The notes: a model not told the origin generated them from the letters alone. DNA of 41,384 bases from Candidatus Shapirobacteria bacterium S2_F12 (GCA_019248165.1 JAEHHB010000002.1:1-41384), one strand, 5' to 3'. Positions 25,620 through 37,751 are shown, counted from the stretch's first letter. Translations and numbers: made by a program.

Positions 25620-28328
25620 CTATAATGTCTTTGTTTGTGTTGACGGTTTTAGTTTGTTAGGCTCTACAGGTGGCTCAACACGGTCTGATGTCTCGGTATT
25701 TTTCTGTAAAATAGTCATAGCACTAAGTTTGTCGTCAGTTGATTTAAAGCGCATCAAAATTACCCCTTTTGTATTCCTTTTGAGTGTGGGAATGTTCTTA
25801 AGTGGGAGCTTAATGGTGACTGCTTTTTTGGAAACTAAGATCACTTGGTCATCGTTTTCTGAAACCACTTGGGCTGCAGCAATGTTTCCGGTTTTTGGTG
25901 TCAGATTGGCAACTTTTACTCCAATTCCTCCTCGTTTTTGGATTGGATATAGATAAACATCCGTTCTCTTACCAACTCCGTTTTCGGTTACACCAAGTAA
26001 GTGGCGAAAAGATTTTGCGTTTGTTTTGTCTTTTGCTTTTTCTATAGTTGAAGGAATTACGTCCATACTAACCAAATAATCATTTTCTTTTAATAAGATG
26101 CCCCTAACGCCTCGGGTGTGTCGACCCATAGCTCGAGCGTCTGATTCGTTGAAACGAATACATTTGCCGTTTTTAGTAACTAAAAATATTTGATTTTGAC
26201 CGTCGGTAAGTTTTGCCCAGGTTAATTGGTCATTTGGGTCTAGCTTTATTGCGGCTAAACCTGTTTGGCGAATATTCTTGAATTTATCAATTGAAGTTTT
26301 TTTGATAACTCCTTTTTTGGTGGCTAACAGAATAAATTTTGAGGTGCTTTCTTTGTTTATAGATAAAACCGTGTGAACAATTTCTCCTTGAAGGATATTT
26401 ATTAGGTTAACAATGGCTTGACCTTTGGCTTGCCGAGTCCCCTCTTGAATGTCCCAGACTTTAGTTTTGAAGACTCGTCCTTTGTTGGTGAAAAATAATA
26501 AATCATCGTGAGTATCGACGGATAGCATACATTCAATTTCGTCTTCGAGTTTGGTGGTCATACCAACAACCCCAATTCCACCTCGTTTTTGGGTGTGATA
26601 AGTGTCTTTTGGAACTCGTTTGATGTATCCAGTTTTTGTTAGTGCTACTAAAACAGCTTCGTTGGGGACAAGGTCTTCTTCGCTGAAATCTTCTAAACCT
26701 CTAATATATATTTTTGTTCGACGAGAATCACCATATTTTTCTGAAATTTCTTTGTTTTCTGATTTGAGGACGTTAATCATCTCGGATGATTTGGTCAAAA
26801 TTGACGTTAGATAGTTAATTGTGCTTTGGACTTGGTTAAATTCGTCGTCTAATTTTTGGCGTTCAAGTCCAGAGAGTTTGCGAAGTTGCATGTCTAAAAT
26901 GGCTTGGGCCTGGAGATCAGTAAATCCGTATTTCTCCATCAGTCGGGTTTTGGCGTCTTCATCAGGTTTGGTGGAACGAATTGTTTTTATAACTTCATCG
27001 ATAAAATCTAGGGCTTTCTTGAGACCTTCTAAAATATGGGATCTCATCATGGCGCCTTTTAGATCAAAAACCGTTCGGCGGCGAATAATGTTTTCTCGGT
27101 GGCGTAAGAACAAGAGTAACATTTGGCGTAAATTAAGGGTCTGAGGAACTCCGTTGACCAGTGCTAAAATGTTTGCTGAGTAAGATGACTGGAGAGCGGT
27201 GTATTTATAAAGTTTGTTAAGAATTGATTTGGGTTTACCGCTTTTTTTGATTTCAACCACCACACGAATACCATGTCTGTCTGATTCGTCACGAAGGTCG
27301 GAGATTCCAATTATTTTTTTATCTCGAACTAAATCGGCAATTTTTTTGACAAATTCGGCCTTGTTAACCTGATAAGGAAGTTCGGTGATGATAATTCTAA
27401 TTTTGCCAGATTTTGTTTCCTCAATATTAGTTTTACCTCGGACGGCAAATTTGCCCCGACCAGTGTTGTACATTTCTAATATTCCGGTTTTACCGTATAT
27501 TTCGCCGTATGTAGGAAAGTCTGGTCCTTGGATAACTTTGGTCAACTCGTCGATTGTAGCGTTGGTTTCAAAATTGTATTTTTGTTTTTCGATTTCATAT
27601 ACTGGGCGAAGAACCATTTCTTGGGTGTTTTTTGGGGCGGCAAGGAGGTTGTTGATTTCAATCTCTGGGTCAATTTTTTCAAGCTTACTTTTATCTAAAA
27701 TAATTTCAATAGCAGCACATAGTTCTTTTAAATTGTGCGGAGGGATTCTGGTAGCCATACCAACTGCGATACCATCTGCTCCATTCATCAAAAGGTTGGG
27801 TATTCGAGATGGTAAAACGGTGGGTTCTTGAATAGTGGCGTCAAAATTGTCCATCATATCAACTGTTTCTTTGTTGATATCAATAATCATCTCTTGAGAT
27901 ATTTTGTCCATTTTAACTTCGGTGTAACGCATGGCGGCTGGTGGGTCGCCATCGATTGAACCAAAGTTTCCTTGTCCTTTGACCAAAGGATAACGTAGGG
28001 AGAAATCTTGAGCCAAACGAACTAAAGCTCCATAAACTGATGAGTCACCGTGTGGGTGGTATTTACCTAATACCTCACCAACAACTTTGGCTGATTTAGT
28101 GTTTTTGCCACTACCAAGTCCCATTTGATCCATGGCATAAATTATCCGGCGATGAACCGGTTTAAGACCATCTCTGACATCAGGTAAAGCCCGAGAAACG
28201 ATAACAGACATGGCATAGTCTAAATATGACCTTTCCATCTCGGGAACAATATCAATCTCGATGACCTGGCCAATGTTAGTGTTTGTTCTGACGACGTCGG
28301 TGACGATTTTATTTTTTTCTTCAGCCAT
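25620..28328 (-). CDS. gyrA: DNA gyrase subunit A
   Basis: AAMRYTE active-site Tyr motif, GKYHPHGD, and C-terminal beta-pinwheel repeats. Confidence 0.97.
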   Translation of the reverse strand: MAEEKNKIVTDVVRTNTNIGQVIEIDIVPEMERSYLDYAMSVIVSRALPDVRDGLKPVHRRIIYAMDQMGLGSGKNTKSAKVVGEVLGKYHPHGDSSVYGALVRLAQDFSLRYPLVKGQGNFGSIDGDPPAAMRYTEVKMDKISQEMIIDINKETVDMMDNFDATIQEPTVLPSRIPNLLMNGADGIAVGMATRIPPHNLKELCAAIEIILDKSKLEKIDPEIEINNLLAAPKNTQEMVLRPVYEIEKQKYNFETNATIDELTKVIQGPDFPTYGEIYGKTGILEMYNTGRGKFAVRGKTNIEETKSGKIRIIITELPYQVNKAEFVKKIADLVRDKKIIGISDLRDESDRHGIRVVVEIKKSGKPKSILNKLYKYTALQSSYSANILALVNGVPQTLNLRQMLLLFLRHRENIIRRRTVFDLKGAMMRSHILEGLKKALDFIDEVIKTIRSTKPDEDAKTRLMEKYGFTDLQAQAILDMQLRKLSGLERQKLDDEFNQVQSTINYLTSILTKSSEMINVLKSENKEISEKYGDSRRTKIYIRGLEDFSEEDLVPNEAVLVALTKTGYIKRVPKDTYHTQKRGGIGVVGMTTKLEDEIECMLSVDTHDDLLFFTNKGRVFKTKVWDIQEGTRQAKGQAIVNLINILQGEIVHTVLSINKESTSKFILLATKKGVIKKTSIDKFKNIRQTGLAAIKLDPNDQLTWAKLTDGQNQIFLVTKNGKCIRFNESDARAMGRHTRGVRGILLKENDYLVSMDVIPSTIEKAKDKTNAKSFRHLLGVTENGVGKRTDVYLYPIQKRGGIGVKVANLTPKTGNIAAAQVVSENDDQVILVSKKAVTIKLPLKNIPTLKRNTKGVILMRFKSTDDKLSAMTILQKNTETSDRVEPPVEPNKLKPSTQTKTL

Positions 28329-28406
28329 AAATCAATCTCTCTTTATTCCCGATGAATCGGGACATTGTTTTTGGTAATTTTTAATATTTTGTTAAGTTTC
28401 ATATCT

Positions 28407-30368
<1,962 letters not shown>

Positions 30369-30551
30369 CTAATTTCTATGTCCTGTTTTCTAAAAATATA
30401 ATAAAAAATAATTATTTGTACTTAATTTAAGAACAAATTCATTCTAACAGAGCCTAAATAGCTTTACAATAAGCAAATTATGTGGAATTATAGGGATTAT
30501 TTGTCTTAATTTAAATTAAGATTTTTAGATAATTTTTGGTAAAAATATTAC

Positions 30552-31091
30552 CTAATTTTCGGGCAATATTTTTGAAAGAATATCGTAGCCGATTATTGCG
30601 GTTGCAACCAAAACATTTAGAGAAATATTTATCCCATGCATGGGTATCTCAACGATTTGATCGGCTTTTTTTAAAACATCTAGGGAAATTCCGTTTGATT
30701 CACTTCCAGCGATTAAGGCAATTGATTTGTTGTATTTAGCTTTTTTGTAAATAATACTGCTTTTGTCTTGTTCACAGGCAACTATTTGATACCCAAGAGA
30801 TTTTAGGTGATTTAGGCATTCTATGGTTGAATCAAATTGTTCCCAGGGTATCCATTTCCAGGTTCCAATCGATGCGCGGTGAATTTTTATGTTTGGTGGG
30901 GTAACAACCGGACCACAAAGATAAATTTTTTGGGCACCAAGAGCGTCGGCTAATCTAAAAAAAGATCCAATATTGTAAGTATCTAAGACATTGTCTAAGA
31001 CCAAGACTAAAGGGTTCCGCTTGATTTCGGTTTGTAACTTTTTGGCGACTAATTCCCTACTCTTTCGAATTTGGTGTGAATTAAGTTTCAT
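30552..31091 (-). CDS. TrmH/SpoU-family RNA 2'-O-methyltransferase
   Basis: LVLDNVLDTYNIGSFFRLADALG...IAGSESNGIS...IPMHGINISLNVLVATAI. Confidence 0.85.
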   Translation of the reverse strand: MKLNSHQIRKSRELVAKKLQTEIKRNPLVLVLDNVLDTYNIGSFFRLADALGAQKIYLCGPVVTPPNIKIHRASIGTWKWIPWEQFDSTIECLNHLKSLGYQIVACEQDKSSIIYKKAKYNKSIALIAGSESNGISLDVLKKADQIVEIPMHGINISLNVLVATAIIGYDILSKILPEN

Positions 31092-31152
31092 ATGAAGGAT
31101 AAAAAAGAAATAAAATTAAAATTTATTCGAATTTGGTGTGAATTAAATTTCA
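31064..31152. repeat. 27-nt direct repeat (26/27 identical) duplicating the first 9 codons of the methyltransferase gene 62 bp upstream
   Basis: TTCGAATTTGGTGTGAATTAAGTTTCA at 31064-31090 versus TTCGAATTTGGTGTGAATTAAATTTCA at 31126-31152. Confidence 0.85.
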
Positions 31153-31281
31153 CGAGATTAAAAAATAAATTATTTTCATTTGATGTGAATTTGTTTTACA
31201 AGATGTTATGTAAGCTAAAAATATTTTTATCTTTAAGGCAAATTAATTATTTTGTGATGATGGTATTTTATCAAACAAAAA

Positions 31282-31305
31282 CCCCTCCTTTTGACTTAGG
31301 AGGGG
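31282..31305 (-). terminator. Intrinsic terminator after the thioredoxin-fold gene
   Basis: CCCCTCCT at 31282-89 pairs with AGGAGGGG at 31298-305. A T-run follows on the minus strand (the A-run at 31277-81). Confidence 0.7.
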
Positions 31306-31324
31306 TTTTGGGTTTTAAAGTTTA

Positions 31325-32350
31325 TTAGCAACCACCTTCGGCGGCGCCTTGGACTTGTCCGTTTTCGTTCTTAGGCATTTCTAGGACTGTTTTACATTCC
31401 TTAGGAGCTTTGTTAAACGAAGCACAAATAGCTTCTTTGATAGCTTCCGAAGTTCGGTATTGGTCTTGAGTAAAGACTTTTTTACCGATTTTTAGGCTAC
31501 CTTTATTGTCTGAAGTGTAGGCGGCTTCTGGTGGGAAGTCAACATTGTTGATTTTTAAGGTTGGAGAACCTTGGACTTTATACTGAGTAGTTAGGGCAAT
31601 TTCTTTGTCGATAAGCTCAGCTGCTTGAGTGTTGAAGCACTCAGTAATTTTGTTAGTATCAAACCCAGCCTTTTTGGCTTGTTCTTCCCAACAGGTATCG
31701 GCATTTTTGTCGGTACAATTTATGTTGGTATTATCGACAAATTTCCACCAATTGGTTTTGTCTTCATTCATGTTGAAGGCACAAATTTCGCGAACATTTT
31801 GATTGGCTTCCATTCGACCATGAAGAGAGCTATAAAAATTGTTACCAATTTTTAGATAATTTTTCTCATCTAAACACTTTGTGTTGTATTCGGTAACAGT
31901 TTTTTTACATTCAGCATCGGTTTGAAAATAACCAGCTTTAATGTATTCAGCACATTGACTAACGTCTCCAGCTGACTGTTTACAGTAAGTGCCTAGGTCG
32001 GCAATTTTGTCAAAAATATATTGAGGACGAATGTTAGCGCTGTTTCCGAGTAGTTCGGCTACTGGTTTAACCAAGTCTTCCATTTGGTTGCCGTATGGAC
32101 AAAAACTCATGACATAAAATTGAAAGTCTGGTTTGTCTGATTTGCTTGGTTCGAACGTAGCATTTGCTTTGGTAGCACTAGTAGAATCAGCTTTACCCAT
32201 TTTTAACCAAGCAGCACCGGCAAAAAATGAAGATGCGGCTAATAATACCGAAAAAATAATAACACCAGCCAATGGTATTTGGACTGATTTGTTGGCAATA
32301 GGTTTAATTATTGCAGAAACTTCTTTCACTTTTTTTATTTTTTTAGTCAT
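31325..32350 (-). CDS. Membrane-anchored, Cys-rich thioredoxin-fold (DsbA-like) protein
   Basis: N-terminal TM segment. FYVMSFCPYGNQ occupies the position of a CxxC motif but reads CPYG. QGSPTLKINN resembles the cis-Pro loop region. Many additional cysteines. Confidence 0.45.
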   Translation of the reverse strand: MTKKIKKVKEVSAIIKPIANKSVQIPLAGVIIFSVLLAASSFFAGAAWLKMGKADSTSATKANATFEPSKSDKPDFQFYVMSFCPYGNQMEDLVKPVAELLGNSANIRPQYIFDKIADLGTYCKQSAGDVSQCAEYIKAGYFQTDAECKKTVTEYNTKCLDEKNYLKIGNNFYSSLHGRMEANQNVREICAFNMNEDKTNWWKFVDNTNINCTDKNADTCWEEQAKKAGFDTNKITECFNTQAAELIDKEIALTTQYKVQGSPTLKINNVDFPPEAAYTSDNKGSLKIGKKVFTQDQYRTSEAIKEAICASFNKAPKECKTVLEMPKNENGQVQGAAEGGC

Positions 32351-32369
32351 AAGTTTTTAAATATTAATA

Positions 32370-32579
32370 TTAATTTTCAACAGAAATTGCTTGGACGGGA
32401 CACGAGTCAATAGCACTTTGAGTGGCTTCATCGACAGTTTTTGGTTGAGATTTTACTTTTGCTTTGTAGGTGGTTGTGTCCATTTCGAACACTTCTGGAT
32501 TTAATAAAGGACAGGTGTTGCAACCGATACACTTGTCTTGATCAAGGTTTATTTTTGACATATGTTTTTTATTATACAC
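32370..32579 (-). CDS. Small ferredoxin (single Fe-S cluster type)
   Basis: CIGCNTCP...SCPVQAI in 69 aa. Confidence 0.8.
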   Translation of the reverse strand: MYNKKHMSKINLDQDKCIGCNTCPLLNPEVFEMDTTTYKAKVKSQPKTVDEATQSAIDSCPVQAISVEN

Positions 32580-32618
32580 TATTAAAATTGTGTAAAAGGT
32601 TAACTAATAATTTAATTA

Positions 32619-33110
32619 TTATTTTTGATTTTGTTCTAAAAATAAACCGGCTTTGGTTATCGCTCTAAGCAAAAGATTGATTCTGTCTTCTGCTTCAAGC
32701 CTAGTAAGATTTTTATAATTATTTGGAAAATAATGGAATATTTCGTTGCGACCGAACTTCCAAGCGTCCCAAAGACTTTCAGCTAATTCTTCTCCTTTTG
32801 CATCAATCTCGGTGAGTCTTTGAAAAACAGAAAATCGTTTGTATCGAAGCGACGGGTTAAGGGTTTTGCCTACTCTAAAACGTTCGCTTTCAAAGTCTTC
32901 TTCGGTAATAATTTCTAGTTTTAAAAAGAATTCTTTTAAAAATCCTTCATACGCCTTGGCAATAGGAGATACTAAAAAAGAAAAATCACTAATAGGATCC
33001 TGAATTTGAAGTCGCTTTAAAATTATTTCGACATCGTTAACCAGTTCGTCTTGGTGACCAGAAAGATATTTTTTGGCTTGTAGGAAAAGTTCGGGGCTTG
33101 AGACCATCAT
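32619..33110 (-). CDS. Hypothetical all-alpha protein with an Rx4H (HEPN-like) motif
   Basis: WKFGRNEIFHY at residues 118-128 of 163. ATGA overlap with the upstream gene. Confidence 0.5.
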   Translation of the reverse strand: MMVSSPELFLQAKKYLSGHQDELVNDVEIILKRLQIQDPISDFSFLVSPIAKAYEGFLKEFFLKLEIITEEDFESERFRVGKTLNPSLRYKRFSVFQRLTEIDAKGEELAESLWDAWKFGRNEIFHYFPNNYKNLTRLEAEDRINLLLRAITKAGLFLEQNQK

Positions 33111-33670
33111 ATCTGTGAGTAAAAAAGTAGAAAAATAAAAATGATTAGAAAAAAAGTAAAAAAGGCCAAATATCGATTTAAAAATTTAGTCGGTAGTTGG
33201 GTTTCTTCTCGCGCAAATAACCATTTTTGGAGTATTTTGGGGTTGATAAAAAAATCAAGATATTCGTCGACTAGTAGGTGAAGATTTAATGAGACAACTA
33301 AACTAATTACAAATAAATTTGACGTTGAGGTGAAGATAAAAAAAGTAAACAAGACTAGAATTGATTGAAAAAAGTAATGGTGAAAAATTAAATTATGATG
33401 AGTTGAGTGGCTGGCATTGATTAGTTTAACAAGAGATTTTATGTCAAAATTTTTTATAGTAGTCTTGGCTAAACGGCTTTCTTCAATATTTGGTTTGAGG
33501 AAATACCAAAAGACTATGTGGTCAGTATCAAGAATAATTGAGCCGAACAATATACCAAAAAATGTCGCTAGTATGTGTGAGTTTGGTGATTTGGTAACAA
33601 TCAAAAAAAATGCCACCAAAAAAAACAAGATTGAAGATGCTAATAGATGATAACGGAATTCGTGTTTCAC
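33107..33670 (-). CDS. Membrane protein resembling the YdjM/DUF457 metal-dependent hydrolase family
   Basis: Multiple TM segments. His/Asp motifs: H8, LDTDH, SHSTHHNLIFHH. Confidence 0.45.
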   Translation of the reverse strand: MKHEFRYHLLASSILFFLVAFFLIVTKSPNSHILATFFGILFGSIILDTDHIVFWYFLKPNIEESRLAKTTIKNFDIKSLVKLINASHSTHHNLIFHHYFFQSILVLFTFFIFTSTSNLFVISLVVSLNLHLLVDEYLDFFINPKILQKWLFAREETQLPTKFLNRYLAFFTFFLIIFIFLLFYSQI

Positions 33671-33723
33671 TAATAAATAATAACAGAAAACCGAAATGCT
33701 TTTTTTAAAATTAGATAGAATTT

Positions 33724-33796
33724 AAAAAAAATACTCCGGGAAACAATTTTACGAATACACCAAAGGTGCATAAGTTCAAAGGTTTCTACCGGAGTA
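33724..33796 (-). terminator. Long interrupted hairpin followed by U8 on the minus strand
   Basis: TACTCCGG+GAAAC at 33732-33744 pairs with GTTTC+TA+CCGGAGTA at 33782-33796. There is an inner CACC/GGTG hairpin, and the A8 run at 33724-31 gives the U-tail. Confidence 0.5.
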
Positions 33797-33809
33797 ATGG
33801 GTAATAGAA

Positions 33810-34304
33810 TTATTCTCTTTTTGCGTATTTCTTCTTTATTATAATCACGGTAACTATTGTGGTTATTAGAAAAAAGATTATTATATTGAAAATATTAACA
33901 ATTATGATTGCAACTTCGTCGCGAAAGACTATCTTTACGTACTCTTGATTTCTAACTATAGCCTGGATTTTGGTCCTCCCCTCTACAATCCAATTTATTC
34001 TTGGCTCAATGTTGGTTTTAATGGTCCAAATATTAAGGACCTTATCTGAGTGGATAGCCTTTTCGTCTGTGTTGTCTTTTTTTAATTGGAATCGTGTTTT
34101 TGAATATAATTCGATAGGGACCTTGTTGTCGTTGTTTGTTTCCAAACTAAAAATTGACAGCCCTGGGCTTGTTAAGTAAACATCAAAATCTTTTCCTTGG
34201 CGTTGTGTGTCAAACTCAATATAGTTGAATATGTTGATAATGAGTATGACAGCAGTTGCGACAACAATCAAAATAGCGGTCCGAAACCCCTTCAGTTTGT
34301 TCAC
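33810..34304 (-). CDS. Hypothetical protein with N- and C-terminal TM segments
   Basis: 164-aa ORF with a hydrophobic segment at each end and a soluble middle. Confidence 0.5.
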   Translation of the reverse strand: MNKLKGFRTAILIVVATAVILIINIFNYIEFDTQRQGKDFDVYLTSPGLSIFSLETNNDNKVPIELYSKTRFQLKKDNTDEKAIHSDKVLNIWTIKTNIEPRINWIVEGRTKIQAIVRNQEYVKIVFRDEVAIIIVNIFNIIIFFLITTIVTVIIIKKKYAKRE

Positions 34305-34462
34305 TTTACCTTACCTCCCCCAATATTGATTACACCTAATTCTATTAAGGTTCTAAAATCATTACAATTTGTGGTTGGCCAATCAACCTTGTAACCGATT
34401 TATAGCGATATTATATCTTGTGAGATTAAATATTCAATATACTGGTAAAATGCGACGAAAAT

Positions 34463-35680
34463 TTATTCGTATCGGAGGGCTTCGATCGGTGAAAGTTTAG
34501 AGGCTTTGCGAGCGGGGGCAACTCCAAAGATGATGCCAACTAAAGAAGAGACTCCAAAAGCCAGAATGACTGAAGACGCTGTAACTTGAGCCGGAAAAAA
34601 TGATTTAATGCCTAATGTTCCGAGGTATCCTAATAGTATTCCGGTGGCACCGCCGATACAGGAAAGAATTACAGCCTCAATTAAAAATTGAATTAAAATG
34701 GCCCTAGGGTAAGCCCCGATTGCTTTTCGAAGCCCAATTTCTCGTGTTCGTTCGGTAACAGATACAAGCATTATATTCATTATTCCAATTCCTCCTACAA
34801 CTAAAGAAATCGCAGCAATACCAGTTAGGGCAATTGTTAGTACACTAATAATGGAATTTATCGAATTAAGGAGTTGTGAACTATCAAAAACTGAAAATGC
34901 GTCTTCATCATATTTTTCTAACATTATTTTAGTAATCTGTTTTTTGGTTGATTCAATTGAATCTTTGTTTTTGGCTTTTACAATAATACTTTGAATGTCG
35001 TTGTTACCAGCTAGATCAAAAGCAACATTTATGGGTATATATGCTTGTTTATCAAAACTAGGACCGCCAAACGAAGCTCCTTTTTTATCACTAATTCCGA
35101 TAACTTTTAAAGATTTTCCTTTGACAATTACTTTTTTACCAATAGCAGAAGAATTTGGGAACAAATCTTGAGCTAGTTGATATCCAAGTATTATTACTGG
35201 AGTTTTTTTGCTGTTTTCTTCTTCAGTAAACCAACGACCATTACCTTCTGACGGGGCCAGATTGTTATTGACGCCAAAGTTTTGGGTCGAGCCATCGATT
35301 TCGATAGTTTTTTGAGTATTGAAAGAAGACGAGATGTCGGCAAAGACAGCGTTGGCTGGAGTGATCTCGACATCATTTAATTTTCTTTTAAGGTTAGTAA
35401 CGTCTTTAAGTGAAAAACTAGTTGTCATGATAGCTCCGCTTTGAGAGAATCCGCCATTGTCATTAAAAACTCGTCCTGGAGAAATAAAAATCGAGTTGGC
35501 CCCCAGAGAATCAAATTGGTCGGTGACATATTTTTTTAAACCATTTCCAATAGAAGTTAATAAAATTACTGAAGTTACACCAATAATTATTCCTAAGGAT
35601 GTCAGAATAGTCCGGCTTTTATTTTTTAATATTGACTTAAAACTAGATTTGAGAAGATCGTTGAATGATGGTTTAAGCAT
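34463..35680 (-). CDS. ABC transporter permease, MacB/FtsX family
   Basis: MacB_PCD-like periplasmic domain between TM1 and TM2, plus a C-terminal FtsX domain (TERTREIGLRKAIGA). Confidence 0.9.
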   Translation of the reverse strand: MLKPSFNDLLKSSFKSILKNKSRTILTSLGIIIGVTSVILLTSIGNGLKKYVTDQFDSLGANSIFISPGRVFNDNGGFSQSGAIMTTSFSLKDVTNLKRKLNDVEITPANAVFADISSSFNTQKTIEIDGSTQNFGVNNNLAPSEGNGRWFTEEENSKKTPVIILGYQLAQDLFPNSSAIGKKVIVKGKSLKVIGISDKKGASFGGPSFDKQAYIPINVAFDLAGNNDIQSIIVKAKNKDSIESTKKQITKIMLEKYDEDAFSVFDSSQLLNSINSIISVLTIALTGIAAISLVVGGIGIMNIMLVSVTERTREIGLRKAIGAYPRAILIQFLIEAVILSCIGGATGILLGYLGTLGIKSFFPAQVTASSVILAFGVSSLVGIIFGVAPARKASKLSPIEALRYE

Positions 35681-35681
35681 A

Positions 35682-36386
35682 TTATTTTTCTAGAATTTTT
35701 CCGTCTTTAATAACCACAGTTCTACCTGCTTGCTTGGCTAGATCCATGTCGTGAGTCACAAAAACAATAGTTCTCCCCTCTTCTTCATTTAGTTGGTGAA
35801 ATAGTTTCATAATTTCTATCCCCGATTTACTATCTAAATTCCCAGTAGGTTCATCAGCTAAGATTATTTTTGGATTGTTTACCAGTGCCCGAGCAATCGC
35901 GACACGTTGTTGTTGTCCCCCGGAAAGTTGGGATGGTGTATTGGAAATTTTTTCAGTAAGGTTTACTTTGTTAAGTAGTTCTAAGGCGATATCTTGGCGA
36001 TTTTTTTTGGGAACATCTGAATACAGGAGAGGTAGCATAACATTGTCTAAAGAAGATGTTTTGGTTAGTAGATTAAATTGTTGGAAAACAAAACCTAGAG
36101 TGACATTTCTGATCTGAGCAAGTTGGTGTTCTTTAAGCTTGGCAATATTCCGGCCGTTTAGAATAACCTCACCAGAGGTAGGGTTGTCTAGAAGCCCAAT
36201 AATGTGCATTAAGGTCGACTTGCCAGAACCAGAAGGGCCAGTAATCGACATAAATTCTCCTTCGTATATCTTTAGGCTGACGTTGTCGAGGGCGTTAAAC
36301 GAGTTGGTACCAGTAATATAGGTTTTGGTGATATTTTTTAATTCCAAAACGACATTCCGGTTATTTATTGATAACGACTTGGTCAT
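35682..36386 (-). CDS. ABC transporter ATP-binding protein, MacB/LolD-like
   Basis: [24 protein letters not shown] and [11 protein letters not shown]. Confidence 0.95.
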   Translation of the reverse strand: MTKSLSINNRNVVLELKNITKTYITGTNSFNALDNVSLKIYEGEFMSITGPSGSGKSTLMHIIGLLDNPTSGEVILNGRNIAKLKEHQLAQIRNVTLGFVFQQFNLLTKTSSLDNVMLPLLYSDVPKKNRQDIALELLNKVNLTEKISNTPSQLSGGQQQRVAIARALVNNPKIILADEPTGNLDSKSGIEIMKLFHQLNEEEGRTIVFVTHDMDLAKQAGRTVVIKDGKILEK

Positions 36387-37422
36387 TTTCAGATAGTCCT
36401 TCTAAAATTTCAACAGTAGTGTCGGTTTCGATTCCGGTTTTGATGGTTTTTTTGGTTAAAGGTTGATTGTCGTTAGATTTTACAAAAACATAGGGTTGGT
36501 CTTCGTCTTGACGGACCGCTTCAACAGGAAGAGTAAGACTATTAGGTATCTCTTTGAGAGAAATAAGAGCATCGCCATCCATCCCTAGGCGATATTTAAG
36601 GTCTTGATTAGAGTCACCTGCTAATTTGAATCTAATTTCATAAACAGTTGAAGTTTGGCCGGAAACTGGGGTAAAAGAAATATAAGTAACTTCAGAAGCA
36701 AATTCTTCTTCTGGAAAACTATCTAACTTAATAGTAGTTTTGTCCCCGATTTTTATCCTATTTACGTCCTCTTGATCAATTTGAGCTTTGAAATAAATAC
36801 TGGTTGGATCGATAATTGAAAATGTTGCCGAGGCGGGGGTAATATTAACGCCACTGTTGGGTTCGTCGATGGCCACAACAACACCACTGATTGGGGTGTA
36901 TAAGGTGGCATATTTAATGGCTAAATCTTGAAGTTCGTAAGCAATAACTGAGTTTCCTAAGGTGTTTTGAGACCGAACCAAGATTCGTTTCATCTCGTCT
37001 GTCAATATTAGATTGTCTTTTTCATATTTATATTTATCTTGAACGTCGTCAAAGGTAGCTAGGGCTGATCTATAACTATTAAAATCGGCTTCTAGGCCTT
37101 TTTTTAATTCCTCTTTGTTGAGTGAGGCAATAGCTTGGTATTTTTTAACCTTGTCCCCTACTTTTACTCCTACCCAAGCTAGTTGGCCACTAGTCTTAAA
37201 CTGAAGATTTGATTTAGTGGCAGCATCAATTGAGCCGGTTAAAGTAATTTCTTCTTTGATTGTTTCTCTTTTTGGAGTAACAATTGTTTCTTTTTTAGCA
37301 TCAAATTTTGGGATCTCTTTTGGTTTATCTTTGGCGCTGACTCGATATAGACCAAGGCCAGATACAGCCACGACAATCAAAATAATGATAATTTTTTTAA
37401 GATTCTTTTTTAGGTACGACAT
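36361..37422 (-). CDS. HlyD/MacA-type periplasmic adaptor (membrane fusion) protein
   Basis: N-terminal TM segment, biotinyl-lipoyl-like hairpin (GVKVGDKVKKYQ...PISGVV) and a coiled-coil insert. Confidence 0.8.
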   Translation of the reverse strand: MSYLKKNLKKIIIILIVVAVSGLGLYRVSAKDKPKEIPKFDAKKETIVTPKRETIKEEITLTGSIDAATKSNLQFKTSGQLAWVGVKVGDKVKKYQAIASLNKEELKKGLEADFNSYRSALATFDDVQDKYKYEKDNLILTDEMKRILVRSQNTLGNSVIAYELQDLAIKYATLYTPISGVVVAIDEPNSGVNITPASATFSIIDPTSIYFKAQIDQEDVNRIKIGDKTTIKLDSFPEEEFASEVTYISFTPVSGQTSTVYEIRFKLAGDSNQDLKYRLGMDGDALISLKEIPNSLTLPVEAVRQDEDQPYVFVKSNDNQPLTKKTIKTGIETDTTVEILEGLSENDQVVINK

Positions 37423-37432
37423 ACAACTTGAT

Positions 37433-37441
37433 AGTATACCA
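37433..37441 (-). promoter_or_regulatory. Extended -10 (TGGTATACT on the minus strand) 10 nt upstream of the adaptor gene ATG
   Basis: The reverse complement of 37433-37441 reads TGGTATACT. Confidence 0.35.
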
Positions 37442-37442
37442 C

Positions 37443-37751
37443 TTAAAGAGTCGTTTTTTTTGAATTATTTTCTTTTAACTGTCTAAGTTTCCACATAAAT
37501 AGTTTATAGGGAGTTTTTATGGTTCCTGGGTTTTGGTCTTTGACAAAATATCGAGCCATTTCTAAAATTTTTCGATCAGTGTTTTTGGCTAGTCGAATAT
37601 AAAGAGATCTATTTTTCCAGTCTAAAAGTTCTTTAGCCAATTCTAAACCATAGGCTTGGTATTCCATTTTGACGTATTTTTGCCGTTTTTCTAGTGTTTC
37701 TTTAAACTTTTCGATTTGTAAAGAAATTTGAGTTGGCTTATCTTGTCTCAT
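37443..37751 (-). CDS. Hypothetical small basic protein
   Basis: 102-aa ORF that overlaps the end of the PAP2 gene by 14 nt. Confidence 0.45.
   Translation of the reverse strand: MRQDKPTQISLQIEKFKETLEKRQKYVKMEYQAYGLELAKELLDWKNRSLYIRLAKNTDRKILEMARYFVKDQNPGTIKTPYKLFMWKLRQLKENNSKKTTL

Noticed and set aside
27564-27686. An extra segment of about 40 aa in GyrA between the HNL motif and GPDFPT (gyrA is 902 aa): possible intein or mobile insertion.
   Set aside because: It is too short for an intein, has no Cys/Ser-...-His-Asn splice junctions, is in frame and has normal composition. It is most likely a lineage-specific loop.
31092-31328. 78-aa plus-strand ORF in the gap between the thioredoxin-fold gene and the TrmH-family gene.
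   Set aside because: It is AT-rich low-complexity sequence that runs through a bidirectional terminator hairpin (31282-31305) and through the promoter and duplication region of the minus-strand gene. There are no translation signals.
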